From: the human T2T-CHM13v2.0 reference genome, Homo sapiens
Strand: one strand, 5' to 3'
DNA length: 64,000 bases
NCBI RefSeq assembly: GCF_009914755.1
Contig: NC_060928.1
Shown: in pieces, positions 45,775 to 64,000 of the stretch
Layout: every line of letters begins with the position of its first letter
Position numbering within the stretch: position 1 is the stretch's first letter
Translations under genes and position numbers: made by a program
Notes under the pieces: model-generated
The model's input: only the letters and a program-made list of their open reading frames with translations
Database searches by the model: none
Told to the model about the DNA's origin: nothing

Positions 45775-46555
45775 GTTTTATTACAAAACACCTTAAAATT
45801 CTTCATGGCTTATAAACACAAGCATTTATTTTTCTCATGAATTGGCTAGGTTCACAGATCTAGGCTGGGCTCAGCTAGGCCAGGTTAGAACCCAGACTTA
45901 TGGTTGGGTTCCACATATCTTAATTCCGGGGCCCAAGCTGATAGGGCATTAGCAACCTGGGGTATGCTTTCTTCTAGTGGCTCCCAAGAACATAGCACTG
46001 AATAGAAATATGATGTCCTTTTTTTTTTTTTTTTTTGAGACAGAGTCTCGCTCTGTTGCTCAGGCTGGAGTGCAGTGGTACAATCTCAGCTCACTGCAAT
46101 CTCTGCCTCCTGGATTCAAGCAATTATCTTGCCTCAGCCTGCCAAGTACCTGAGACTACAGGTGTTCACCACCATGCCTGGCTAATTTTTTACTTTTTGT
46201 GGAGACAGGGTTTCACCCTATTGGCCAGGCTGGTCTTGAACTCCTGTCCTCAAGCAATCCACTTGCTGCCTCAGCCACCCAAAGTGCTGGGATTACAGGC
46301 GTGAGCCACCGAGCCTGGCCCATGATGTCCTTTTTAAGGCTACCGTATCCCCAACCAACTGGTGCACTGTAACTTCGGTCCACATTACATTGGCCAAAAC
46401 AAGTCCTATGTCCAAAGCCCAACATCAATGAGGAGGAAAAATATATTCTTTCTACTCTAGTGAAAGGTACGGCAAAGGTACATGTGAAATGTGTAGATAT
46501 ATCATTCTAGCACAGAGAGGAAATAAAGATTTGGGAGCAATGATCCAAACTACAA
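45775..46555. mobile_element. MLT1-type LTR with an Alu insertion (46019-46320, -)
   Basis: ctaggctgggctcagctag and cattggccaaaacaagtc...aagcccaacatcaatg motifs. Confidence 0.6.
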
Positions 46556-47476
46556 GAGATAACTATAAAGACCTCTTGGATGTGTTGCACAATAGGAGAG
46601 GATTAGAGTACGTTAGCATCTTTTTTTTTTTTTTGAGACGGAGTCTCACTCTGTCACCCAGGCTGGAGGGCAATGGGCGTGATCTCAGCAACCTCCACCT
46701 GCTGGATTCAAGCAATTCTCCTGCCCCAGCCTCCCGAGTAGCTGGAACTACAGGCATGTGCCACCACAGCTGGCTAATTTTAGTATTTTTAGTAGAGACG
46801 GGGTTTCACCGTGTTAGCCAGGATGGTCTCGATCTCTTGACCTCGTGATCTGCCCGCCTCGGCCTCCCAAAGTGCTGGGATTACAGGCGTGAGCCACTGC
46901 GCCCGGCCCAACATCTTAAACTCTCCATGAAAACACCCTTTTCTTTGACATAGAAAAGTAACTGTGGTCTTATGTAAATTGCTATGCCTGTATAGCATTA
47001 ACTTTCTTATCCAATCAAACTGCTGCTCTTTGCTCCTCCAGTGTAAAAATTCTGGGGCCTGGAACTCACAAAGCTACCCACAAAACTCTCTGCTACATAA
47101 TGGTAGCTTACTATCTGTAGTAACTAGGCTGCTTTCAGTAGCTTATACTTTATATCTCATAAAATGAATAGCATAGAAATGGCTTTTCTAAGATAATTCC
47201 ACAGAGAAAAGATGTCATTAAAGACATTGACTTCCTTTGCATGCTACCATCCTCAAGACTTTCCCTTTATTCTTAGGCTTGCTTTCTCATGGTTATCATC
47301 TAGGATCATACATAGAAATACTACACACAGCCGGGTGAGGTGGCTAATGCCTAGCACTTTGGGAGGCCGAGATGGGCAGATTGCCTAAGCTCAAGAGTCT
47401 GAGACCAGCCTGGGCAACATGGTGAAACCCCATCTCTACTAAAATGCAAAAAATCAACAGGGCATGGTGGCGGTCA

Positions 47477-47599
<123 letters not shown>

Positions 47600-47794
47600 T
47601 CAAAAAAAGAAAGAAAAAATACTACACACAATACACAGATATCAGCCTCAGAGGAAGAGTATTCATCCCATGTGCTTCTTCCCATAAGCAAGTTAAACCT
47701 GTTCCCCAGAAGGCTTTCCATCATGATGTGCTGGTCAAACCTGGACCATATACTTGTTCTCAAACCATTCACTAGCCAGAAAAAGTGGCCTAGA

Positions 47795-48140
47795 GCAGGG
47801 GTCAGCAAAGGAAGGCCCACAGGCCAAATCCAGCTCATTGCCTATTTTTGTCCAGACTGCAAGCTAAGAATGTATGTGTTTTACATTTTTAAAGGATTAT
47901 AGAGGAAAAAGCAATCGCAGCAACTGCTGCAGCTGTTGCAGCACTAAAGAGACCATATGTGGTCTAAATAAAAATTTTAGATTTTTGTCCAGCCCATAAG
48001 CTAAGAACATTTTTGGTTTTGATTTTTATACTTTATAAGGATTGTAGAAGAAAAAGAAGCAGCAGTCACAGAGACCACATGTGGCCTAAAGTCTACATTT
48101 TTTATTTGGCCCTTTATAGAAAATGTTTGCAGTCTCTGGC
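47795..48140. mobile_element. MER58-like hAT-Charlie element with an internal tandem duplication
   Basis: Begins caggggtcagcaaa...ggccaaatccagc and ends tggccctttatagaaaatgtttgc. Confidence 0.75.
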
Positions 48141-48276
48141 ATAGACTGTCATGATTCATCTGGGAGGTGAGGAAAGACCATTAGAAGCACTGGGTCAGCC
48201 ACATCATATATGTGTAATTTCCTTTTGCTTTCCCCAACCCTGAGGAAAATCTTAACCATTGCTGAATGATCCTGTT

Positions 48277-49399
48277 TGATATGGTTAGGCTTTGTGTCCC
48301 CACCCAAATCTCATCTTGAATTGTAACCCCCATAATCCCCACGTGTCAAGGGAGAGACCAGGTGGAGGTAATTGAATCATGGGGGCAGTTCCCCCATGCT
48401 GTTCTCATGACAGTGAGTGAGTTCTTATGAGATCTGATGGTTTCATAAGAGGCTCTTCCCCCTTTGCTCAGCATTTCTCCTTGCTGCCGCCTTGTGAAGT
48501 AGGTGCTTTGCTTCCCCTTTGCCTTTTGCCATGATTGTAATTTTCCTGAGGCCTCCCTAGTCATGCTGAACTGAATAAATGAAACCTCTTTCCTTTATAA
48601 ATAACCCAGTCTCAGTCATTAGAGAAATACAAATGAAAGCCACAATGAGATACCATCTCATGCCAGTTAGAATGGTGATCATTAAAAAGTCTGGAAACGA
48701 CAGATGGTGGTGAGGATGCAGAGCAAGAGGAATGCTTTTACACTGTTGGTGGGAGTGTAAATTAGTTCAAACATTGTGGAAGACAGTGTGGTGATTCCTC
48801 AAGGATCTAGAACCAGAAATACCATTTGACCCAGCAATCTCATTACTGGGCATATACCCATAGGATTATAAATCATTCTACTATAAAGACACATGCACAC
48901 GTATGTTTATTACCGCACTATTTACAATAGCAAAGAGTTGGAACCAACCCAAATGCCCATCAGTGTTAGAGTGGACAAATAAAATGTGGCACATTTACAC
49001 CATGGAATACTATGCAGCCATAAAAAAGAATGAGTTCATGTCCTTTGCAGGAAATGGATGAAGCTGGAAACCATCATCCTCAGCAGACTAACTCACAAAC
49101 AGAAAAGCAAACACTGCATGTTCTCACTCATAGTGGGAGCTGAACAATGAAAACACATGGACACAGGGAGGGGAACATCACTGTGTGATGTGGGGGGCAA
49201 GGGGAAGGATAGCATTAGGAGAAATACCTAATGCATGTAGAGCTTAAAACATAGACGATGGGTTGATAGGTGCAGCAAACCACCATGGCACATGTATACC
49301 TATGTAACCAACCTGCACGTTCAGCACATGTATCCCAGAACTTAAAGTAAAATTTAAAAATAAATAAATAACCCAGTTTCAGGCAGTTCTTTATAGCAG
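48277..49399 (+). mobile_element. MST (MaLR) LTR split by an L1PA 3' fragment (~48616-49366, +)
   Basis: tgatatggttaggctttgtgtcccc start and actaataca end. The L1 insertion is bounded by TSD aaataacccagt(c/t)tcag. Confidence 0.88.
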
Positions 49400-49619
49400 T
49401 ATGAAAATGGACTAATACACTGTTATTTACTGCTGCTTAGGTAAATTAAAGGAAAAGTTAATGTCTACATGTGTGTCAGAATGTTATGAGAGAGGTGTGG
49501 CCATTAGTTTCTGTTTATGAGGGCAATAATGTTTAAGTGAATAATCCCCAAATGGAGGGGACATCTCAAGGGAGAACCATCAGAATGTAAGGTCCAGAAG
49601 CCTTCCCTTCCACTGCTAG

Positions 49620-52430
<2,811 letters not shown>

Positions 52431-53385
52431 TGACTTATAAGAGAAAGAAAATAGAGTGCAGTAGCTCATGACTATAATCCCAGCGCTTTGCGGGGCTGAG
52501 GTGGGAGAATTGCTTGAGCCCAAGAGTTCAAGCCCAGACTGGGCACAAAACAAGACCCTATTCTTACAAAAAATTTAAAGAATTAGCTGGATATAGTGGC
52601 CAGTGTGCCTGTAGTCCCAGCTACTTGGAAGGCTGAGGTGGGAGGACTGCTTGAGCCCAGAAGTTCAAGGCTGCAGTGACTATGATCATGCCACTGCACT
52701 CATATAATGCTATTATTTGAATGTTTATCCTTTCCAAAACTCATATTGAAACCTAACCCCCAATGTGGCATTATTGAGAGGTGGGCCTTTAAAAGGTAAC
52801 TGAGATCATGAGGGGTCTGTCCTCATGAATGGATTAATACATTAATGGGGTAATGCCTGGGTGACAGAGTAAGACCCTGTCTCTTAAAATACTGAGAGAT
52901 AGAAAATTAGACTCTCATCAGATATTAGTGATGCTTTATGCCAAAAAAAAAATGAAGAACCACACTTAAGATTCTTAAGAAAAGTGAATCAAAGTTTATT
53001 ATATCCAACAAAACTGATAACAAACATAAAAGGCACAAGATGTTACCAATACTCAAGAACATGCAAGAATATGGATTCTGAGTCCTGCCTGAACAATCTA
53101 TTAAAGAACTAGCTTCTTTAACAGAAAACCAAAGACTAGAGATATATCAATAAAAGAGCTGATGGTGCACATTCAATATGTAGTGCTTACTGACCTAAGA
53201 ATACATGAAGATTAGCTGGGCGCGGTGGCTCACGCCTGTAATCCTAGCATTTTGGGAGGCCGAGGCGGGCAGATCACGAGGTCAAGATCGAGACCATCCT
53301 GGCCAACATGGTGAAACCCTGTCTCTACTAAAAATACAAAAACTAGCTGGGTGTGGTGGCACGTGCCTGTAGTCCCGGCTACTCA

Positions 53386-53526
<141 letters not shown>

Positions 53527-54639
53527 TTAAAAGGAAGAAAATAAGGCCAGGTGCCATGGCTCACACCTGTAATCCCAGCATTTTGGGAGGAAAGGCAGGT
53601 GGATTGCTTGAGCTCAGGAGTTCGAGACCAGCCTGGGCAACATGGTGAAACCCTGTCTCTACAAAAAGTTGAAAAATTAGCCAGGCATGGTGATGGGTGA
53701 GGCATGCCTGTAGTCCCAGCTACTCAGGAGGCTGAGGTGGAAGGATCACTTGAGCCCAGGTGGTCAAGGCTACAGTGACCTGAGATCATGGCACTGCACT
53801 CCAGTTGGGACAACAGAGTGAGATCCTATCTCAAAAAATAAGAAAAAGGAAGACAATACAGTTTGTAATGGCTATATGTGCTTACAATATGGCTATTATA
53901 ATACGAAATGTGGGAAAATATTTAACTGTTATCAGTAATCGTATTGGGGGTGGTAGTATAAGTATTATTATTCTGAGGCTGTTGTGTGTGTAATGTGGAT
54001 GAATAAAATGAGTAATTATGGAATATTCCTTATGTGCTGTGAATCAGGATTCTGGGTGTGGAAATAAGGAGATACAGATGTAATATAGAAGAGGTTTAAG
54101 TAAAACAACCTAAATTGGAATTATCAGTATGCCCTCATTAATCACTTCACCCTTAAAATACATACATATTTCCTAGTTCTGTCCTACAAAAAAGGTCTCC
54201 AAATGACTGATATAGTAGCAACGAGCATTCTTAGCACTTGGACTGTTATTTATAATTATCATCCCCACTAAAAGGAAAAAGGCTTCTTGGAGAAATGACC
54301 GATTCTAGATCTAGGCAGGAAACACACCAGATGACTGTAAAACCAACTGTCACACAGCACTAGCAACACATGGAGTAAGCATAGAGGAAGGATTCACGTG
54401 CAGAAAACAGCACAGTACTGTATGGACAATCACTTATGCTCTTTTCCCTTCTGTAGTGAGGCATATTTGGGCTGGGCACAGTGGATGTATAGTAGAATAT
54501 GTGTCAGGAAAGAGGCTTCTGGATAACTTTTTTATCTTTGTAGGGAAGCTGTGAGAAGGTAGAGACCATCTAGTAGACTGCAACAACAGGAGATTCCTGG
54601 CCAAGGAAACGGCCTTGTTAGCAGGGGTAATTTATACAA

Positions 54640-55039
54640 TGCTATTGTTTGAATGTTTATCCCCTTCAAAACTCATGTTGAAAGTGATTCCCTAATGTGA
54701 CATTATTGAGAGGTGGACCTTTAAGAGGTGACTGGATCGTAAAGGGTCTGCCTTCATGAATGGATTAATCCATTAATGAATTAATGGATTTATGGATTAA
54801 AGGGTTCCCATGAGAGTTGAAATGGTGGCTTTATAAGAAGAGAAAGAGAGACCAGAGCAAGTATGCTTAGCCCCCTCACCATGTGATGCCCTGTACATCA
54901 GCAAGGAGGCCCTGATCAGATATGGCTCCTTTACCTTGGACTTCTCAGCCTCCATAACTGTAAGACATAAATTCCTTTTCTTTATAAGTTACCCAGTTTC
55001 AGGTATTCTGTTATAAGCAGCAGAAAACAGACTAAGACA
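54640..55039 (+). mobile_element. MST (MaLR) solo LTR
   Basis: tgctattgtttgaatgttt start and ...aacagactaagaca end. Confidence 0.85.
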
Positions 55040-56477
55040 AATACCAATGGTGTTGACATCTGCTAGATCTTCTCAAACTTTAACATGCAAGGATTACTAG
55101 GATTTTGCTAACATGACGGTTTCTATTTAGTTTGGGCTAGAATTGAAGATTTTGCATGGTAAAAGAAGAGCTAGGATTTGTGCAGTTCCCTTGAGTTCAT
55201 TAAGATGTGTCTTGCTAACCTCTTGCTAAATAACTGAAAAGGAGAGAATAAGCCTCCAGGGCCATCCAGGTTTGCTTTTCTTCACTGTTGTAAGTAAAAT
55301 CTAAAAATATGTAATATTCTGTTAGAGTCAGGGCAAGGGGAATGAGCAGTCTGGAAAGAGAAGTCCTTTGTAGGTCAAAATATTTAGTAAAATTGCTGCC
55401 TCCAACAATTAGGAAAGCAGGAAATCTTCCCCAGCTTGTGGCTAATGGAAGTATCTGAAAAGGGCCAGCTTGTGTATGTGGCTTTTTGTTGCCTTGGGTA
55501 AGGTGTTGCAAGTCAAGTGTGAAGTCAAGTTAAGAAGGGAATGAAATGTCCAGAAATTCTGAGCCTTCACTAAGTTGAAAAAGCCAACTGTTTATGTATC
55601 TTGAAATAGCAGAAGAAAAGACTTGGCTTACAGATTTTTCATAGCCCTTTAAGACTTCTTGGCAAACACAACCAACCAACCAAACAAACAAAAACAACAG
55701 AAAATAAAAATAAGCTAAAGCCAAATCAAATGGATAGAGTTCTCTTCTCATTTAAGCCTACTGTTTCAGATTATTTCACAGCTGCCACCATTACAAAGAG
55801 GGCATTAAAAATAGGTTGAGCAAAGAAGCTAGGATTTAAGGCAAGTTTGATAACTGCTTCGAGAAATAACTTTGGGTGTGTTTACTGGCATCTGAAACTG
55901 TCTGGAAGCACGTAGAACTTATTGAATATTCAATGGAATTATTTAAAAAAAAAAAAAGCAAACACCCAAAAAGCCTGGCCTACAAAAGCCCTCAAGTGTT
56001 CAAGCACTAAGGCATTCTCAAAAAGGAAATATACTCAACATCCAGTTAACTTGTATTCAGAAGGTAAAGCTTGCACCCACACAATACAACAAACAATAGA
56101 AATCCTCTCAGCAGAACCAAGGACTGACCAAGGAACTTATTCCATTATCAGGGCAATGAGTATCCATACTTCCTTCCCAGGATTCTGCCATTGTTACGGA
56201 CCAGTAACTGCTGTGTTTCCCATTCTTCCTTTGTCTGAGTTTTAACTGTGATTGGCCTGTTTCTGCTCCACTGTTGGTTTTTATTGGATGTATGGGCATA
56301 GGACACATCAGTTGTTTTACAGTGTATACATCTCTGGAACATGAAACACCACATCCCAATGTGATAGGTTTCTGCATCACCAGATATCCTGAATTTTTAG
56401 CTGATGTAGAAAATGAATGGGAAATTGAGCTTTCTTCCCTAGGGAGGGAGGAAGGAGGCTCTACTGTGAGAAGAAGC

Positions 56478-57008
56478 TATATTATTCAGGGTTCTCCAGA
56501 GAGACAGAACCAATAGGAGATATATATATATATATATATAAATAATGATATGAGAGGGGAATTATTAGGGGAATTGGATCTTGTGATATGTGATTGTGGG
56601 GGCTGAGAAGTCCCACATCAAGCAGTCTGCAAGTCAGAGACCCTGGGATTCTGGCAGCATGGCTTAATCCAAGTCCGAAAGCTTGAGAACCCAGGGCGCT
56701 GCTGGTGTGAGTCCTGGAGTCCAAAGGTCGGAGAGCCTGATGTCCAAGGCCAGGAGAAGAAGTGTGTTTCTCAGCTTCAGGAGAGAGAGACCAATTCACC
56801 TTTTCTCTGTTTTTGTTTTGTCTGGGCCCAGCTAACTGGATGGTGCCTGCCCACACTAAGGGCAGATCTTCTTCACTTAGTCCACTCAGACTCACATGCC
56901 AATCTCCTCTGGAAACACCCTCACAGACACACACTAATATAATGCTGTAACAGTTAGTTTTCTTGGTATTCCTTAATCCAATCAAGTTGATACCTAAAAT
57001 TACCATCA
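56478..57008. mobile_element. MLT2 (ERVL) LTR with internal (TA)n
   Basis: cagggttctccagagagacagaaccaatagga start and caatcaagttgatacctaaaattaccatca end. Confidence 0.85.
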
Positions 57009-57210
57009 AAGGACATGTGGATATTCAGGTGGTCAGAGGGACATATTGTAGTAGAGACTGCTGATTGTCCCTCTAAACTCATTCTTTCCTATTTCTGGGC
57101 ACAAGGCTGCCCAACTGGAAATTAAATTTCTAGTCTCATTGGTGGTCATATGATTAAGTTCTTGCCAATGGAACATGATCCGAATTGATGTGGGCAATCT
57201 CCTAACTTTC

Positions 57211-58085
<875 letters not shown>

Positions 58086-58640
58086 TAGTAGAGAAAGAGT
58101 TTCACCATGTTGAGCAGGCTGGTCTCGAACTCCTGACCTCAGGTGATCCACCTGCCTTGGCCTCCTAAAGTGGTGGTATTACAGGCATGAGCCACCACGC
58201 CTGGCTGAGAACAGACTAATACACATTCTTAAAAGGGATTCCTTCTTCAGGTATTCTTCTCTTTCTCTTTCCCAATAGAGGGAATATGCCATTTATCACA
58301 CATCAAGATGGCAAAAATCCAAAAGTTTGACATCCTTTGTAGTCAAGGCTGTAGGAAGCTGCACCCCTATATATTTCTGGTAGGAAGGCAAAATGATACC
58401 ATTCCTATAAAATGCAATTTGGCAATATCTACCAAAATTGTATGTCTATCCTTTGACTCATTTCTGGTAATGTGTTCTACCTGTACATATATAATGTATG
58501 CAAAGGTTATTCATCGCATTGATTAAAAATAACATGTCCTATAAGGATTAAATAAACTAAGGCATACTCTCACTGTGTAATATCCTCTAGCTCCAAAAAG
58601 AGTGATTTTGAAAGACTGGACAGCTGGTAAGATGTCCAGC

Positions 58641-59449
<809 letters not shown>

Positions 59450-59561
59450 TAATATTTGCTTGTATTTGCAGAAATTCTATAAGAATACATGAGTATTGAA
59501 TGTTATACAAACGCAGGCGACCATATAATCTTTCATTGAAATGGAACGGTTTCTAGAATGA

Positions 59562-59816
<255 letters not shown>

Positions 59817-60079
59817 TGATCCGCCCGCCTCGGCTGCCCAAAGTGCTGGGATTACAGGCGTGAGCCACCGCGCCCGGCCGAAAGGGGGGATATTAATCAT
59901 TACTCCAGGACGACAGAGGGAAAATCGCTTTGTACTGGACAAACTGGAATGTCTGACCAACCATTATAAAGTGCACGGAGTGGGAGGAGGAATGGGGACA
60001 TTTTAATTGTATTTCTAAAAAGTATCTTCTGTGGTGAATCGGAAACAAAACTCATTCTTTACCACAGGCAGTTTAAGCG

Positions 60080-60700
60080 CTGCCTGAAAGATCGAAGGAC
60101 GGTAAACCACAGACGTGAGAAACGGAACTTTGCGAAAACGCAGTCGTTTTATGTACCGGCTACTCATTGGAGTTACACCAGAGACTCACTACTGGAGTTC
60201 ATCAGCCAATCCAAAGTCCAAGCGTGAGAGCCAGAGCCTGTAGGAGAGACCTGGGCAGGCCTCAGACCTGAGGAGTGGAGCTCCGCATCACTCAACCCTG
60301 GGGGCGGAGCTAGCCCAGGCTCCCACACCCGACGCTCTGGCCCACACAGACGCTACTCTGTAGCATCTCAGGTTCCCTCTGGCTGCACTCTGGAGGACCA
60401 CACTCGTTTTCTTTTTGGCTGCCAGAGGCCCCCGCATCCACCGCTGAGCTGGGAGAAAGATGGCGGCAGCCGTGCGACAGGATTTGGCCCAGCTCATGAA
60501 TTCGAGCGGCTCTCATAAAGATCTGGCTGGCAAGTGAGTATTTCCCAGGAACGCGGGAGTACAGAGGTGGGGAAAGAAAGCCACAGCCTTAATCTCCTTA
60601 GGTTGGCCACGGCTCTTGGGCGTGAAGCTAGGAGCCGGCCTGACGTCCAAGGGGGCGGGCCTGAGGTCGGCTGGGGAGGCAAATGTTGGGAGAAGCAGAA
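60080..60700 (+). promoter_or_regulatory. COPS4 CpG-rich promoter and 5'UTR
   Basis: ATTGG 60166-60170, CCAAT 60206-60210, GC box GGGGCGGAGC 60301-60310, and YY1 motif AAGATGGCGGC overlapping the start codon. Confidence 0.8.
60460..60533 (+). CDS. COPS4: COPS4 (COP9 signalosome subunit 4) coding exon 1, MAAAVRQDLAQLMNSSGSHKDLAGK
   Basis: ATG in strong context (aagATGG), recognised COPS4 N-terminus, donor AA|GTGAGT at 60533/60534 (74 nt, phase 2). Confidence 0.95.
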
Positions 60701-61288
60701 AGCTGGAGGGGACCTTGTGCAGGGGCCTTCGAGGCTATAGACTTGAGATGATTGTCAGCTTGTTCAGTTCTTGATAGAATCCTTCTGGTCCCTTAGGATT
60801 TTGGAACAGCGGTCTGAGAGACGACTGCTACCCTGGCCTTAGTAGCCTTCCCTGGTACCTCTTCCCATCGCTGGCCGGCCTCACACCGAATCTGGCCTCT
60901 CTTTGGACCTTCCTCCTCTTTTTTTTTGATTCAGAGAAATGTATATTCTGGGGCCTTGATGCTGCGTTTTTCGGGGAGATGGCTTCTTGGGGCTGGCTGA
61001 GGTTGAGGCGGTATGGCCGCTGTCATGTCGTCCAGACCATTCAGACTGTCTTCTGTGGGTCCTTGTGTTTCGGGTATTTTCTCTGCCACCAACTCTGATG
61101 GCACATAGGCGGAATGTGCTCATATCGTGGGTCAGGATGTCTACAGTAGTGATGTTTGCAGGAATCTGAATTTTGTCGAAATTTATATAGAATGCTTAGG
61201 TTCACTCCAAGTTAAAATGTGTGACGTGCCTGTTCTGCAAGCAGTTGTCAACAGTATTAAGCATAGGTAGGTAGACGTATATTGTTCA

Positions 61289-61534
<246 letters not shown>

Positions 61535-62169
61535 TTAATGTTTACATCCTGACAGCTGAAATCACTTTGATGTATATTAATGGGATACACCTGTTCTAAC
61601 CTGGTCATTGAAATTCTGACTGTTTTAAGTAGGCTAGGCTGCCTTTTCTCTGGTGGCAAACGTAATCTACTTCTATCAGTGGGAAATTCAGCCGTATATT
61701 TTGGGCTTAACTACTTTGTGCTGCATTTTCCCACTCAGAAAAATGAAGATAATAATAGGACTTATTCTTGTCTGACATTATCTGAGGACAAGATGAGTAT
61801 GTGTGTGCATATATACTTACCACACTTATATCACGTAGAACAGTACCTGACATATAGAAAGTGCGGTAAGATTGTTGTTGTTACTATTAAGCTGTCAGTA
61901 AATATATATTCACTTATTGTATGGGTTGGAAATAAGTTAAATATGTCTTCATGGCTCAATCCTTTCTGCTTGTAATTTTTATAGATATGGATGAAAGTAA
62001 AATCAGCTTATATTTTTCCCCATGCTTCCTTTACTTTTTATTTTGTTAAAGAAGAATAAGTGCATTAGTTATCAAAAGAAATAGAGCTTTGCAAGTATTT
62101 GCAGAATTCTGAAACTTAAGTATTTACTTCTTCAGGTCTGAATTGGAGATAAACAATAGTACTTAAAGC

Positions 62170-62638
62170 GTGCTTCAGTTATCTGTTGCTTTGTAACAAA
62201 CCAAAAACTTAACCAGTGTAAAACAACTATGATTTCTCAGGATTCTATGGGTTGACTGGACTGCTTTGCTGGTCTTGTCTGGGCTCACTCATGCAGATAT
62301 AGTCAGCTGGCAACACACCTGGGGCGGGACTCACATGCATATCTTGCTCTTGCCTGGATCTCTCTCTCTCTCTGCACAGTCTCTCATTCAGTAGTTTAGC
62401 TTGGGCTTTCTTAGGTGCCTATGAGAGGGGAAGTCGCAAGACCTCTTAAGGATAGCCTAGGAAGTCTCACGTCAGTTCTCTAGTACTGGTCAAAGTAAAT
62501 CAGAAGACCAGCCCAGATTCAAGGGGAGGGGAAATGGAGCTTACTACTACCTCTTTAGTGGCAAAGTTACATTGCAAAGGAGCCTGGACAGAGGGAGACA
62601 CGATTCATTGGAAGCCGTTACTGTAGCAGTCTACCACA
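62170..62638. mobile_element. MLT1-type LTR
   Basis: cagttatctgttgctttgtaacaaacc...agcccagattcaagggg...gcagtctaccaca. Confidence 0.7.
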
Positions 62639-63779
62639 TGGTGTTATTGTGAAGATTAAATGAAATAATGTGCTTGATAACTGATAGCCAGTGCAGTCTT
62701 AGCCATAACTCCTTCAGAGCTGCTTTCTGAGAAAAGTCTTGGCCTTGCCTGCATTTCCTATGTGGGCAAGAATGTAGCAGGATATTTATCCTTACAACAA
62801 CATCAGTTCTACCAGCTATATGCTTTAAGAGAAATACCCTTGAAATATATCAGTGTGTTTTTTTTTAATGTATTTTTTCTTGTATGTACTTTTAATGAAG
62901 GTTTTTGGGTGTTTTTTTTAGGAGCTGAGTAACAAAGGATTCCATATTAAAGAATAATGGAATACATTGTTTCTAAAACATCAATACTGTGTGTTCCTAG
63001 CAATTGGGATATCTGTAACAGTAGTTGTTCAATAAACGTGGTTGAATTAATGAATAGCTAGAAAGGGGCAGTGCTTGTATTTGAATCCAGGTTCATCTAC
63101 TCTAAAAAGCTCATTTTAAACCTACCAGACTATGCTCGTTTTCTTGTTAAAAACTCAGTTAGAAATGCTTTCCCATAACTGTGAATTAACACAGCTGTCT
63201 AAAGTTTATATAAGAAATTAGCCAGAGGAAAAGCATTTCCTCCATTTTATAGGCTGCTTTTGTGCATATTATGCATTGTATTTATTATCTCACATAAAGC
63301 TTTAGAATAGGAGAGCCACAACGGAGGATAGACTTTATTGAGGATAGCCTCAAAGGCCCCTTCTAACTCAGATTCTGATTCTCTCTTTGTTGTCCCAAAC
63401 ACAACAGTTTTAGTGGTTTTCATCTCTAGAGTGAAAGTCAATAACATCTAGAGTTTACTGTGCGAAGCACAACATTACTTACATTTAAAAATCCTTAACA
63501 AGTAGGAGTAGGTGATAGTAGTGATATTATTTACATTATAATAAGAGAAAACCAAAGTACAGAGTTGAAATACCTTGCTCTGAGGTCACACAGCTAGTGG
63601 TGAAGCTAGAAGACAGTCCATATCTGCTTGCCTATGAGCCCTTAACTCTAAACAAACACATCTACCTTTTTGGCCTTATTTTCACAAAAAAAAATTGACT
63701 ACACTTCAGATAGTGATTATTTTTGCCTAGAATGCCTGTCTTCCTACTGTTATTAAATTGAAATACTTAGAATGTTTAA

Positions 63780-64000
<221 letters not shown>

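Overview
Primate (almost certainly human) genomic DNA, very rich in Alu, L1, LTR and DNA-transposon remnants. It contains the 5' part of LIN54 (MuvB/DREAM subunit) on the minus strand. This comprises two CpG-island first-exon regions (~38.0-38.2 kb and ~35.7-36.1 kb), the 716-bp start-codon exon (9375-10090) and the next coding exon (4088-4211). About 22 kb away and divergently oriented, the promoter and first coding exon of COPS4 lie on the plus strand (ATG at 60460). Nearly all other ORFs in the track are translations of Alu, L1 or simple repeats. I see no wholly new biological system. The most interesting signals are regulatory. They include a CDE/CHR element in LIN54's own promoter (possible autoregulation), a strong-Kozak uORF and two independent routes to N-terminally extended LIN54. 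There is also an in-frame internal donor that removes 221 codons. Repeat archaeology adds a near full-length Tigger2, a TSD-bounded U6 retrocopy and a locally templated LTR insertion inside an Alu. Repeat subfamily names are from recall of consensus sequences, not a RepeatMasker run, and repeat boundaries are approximate.
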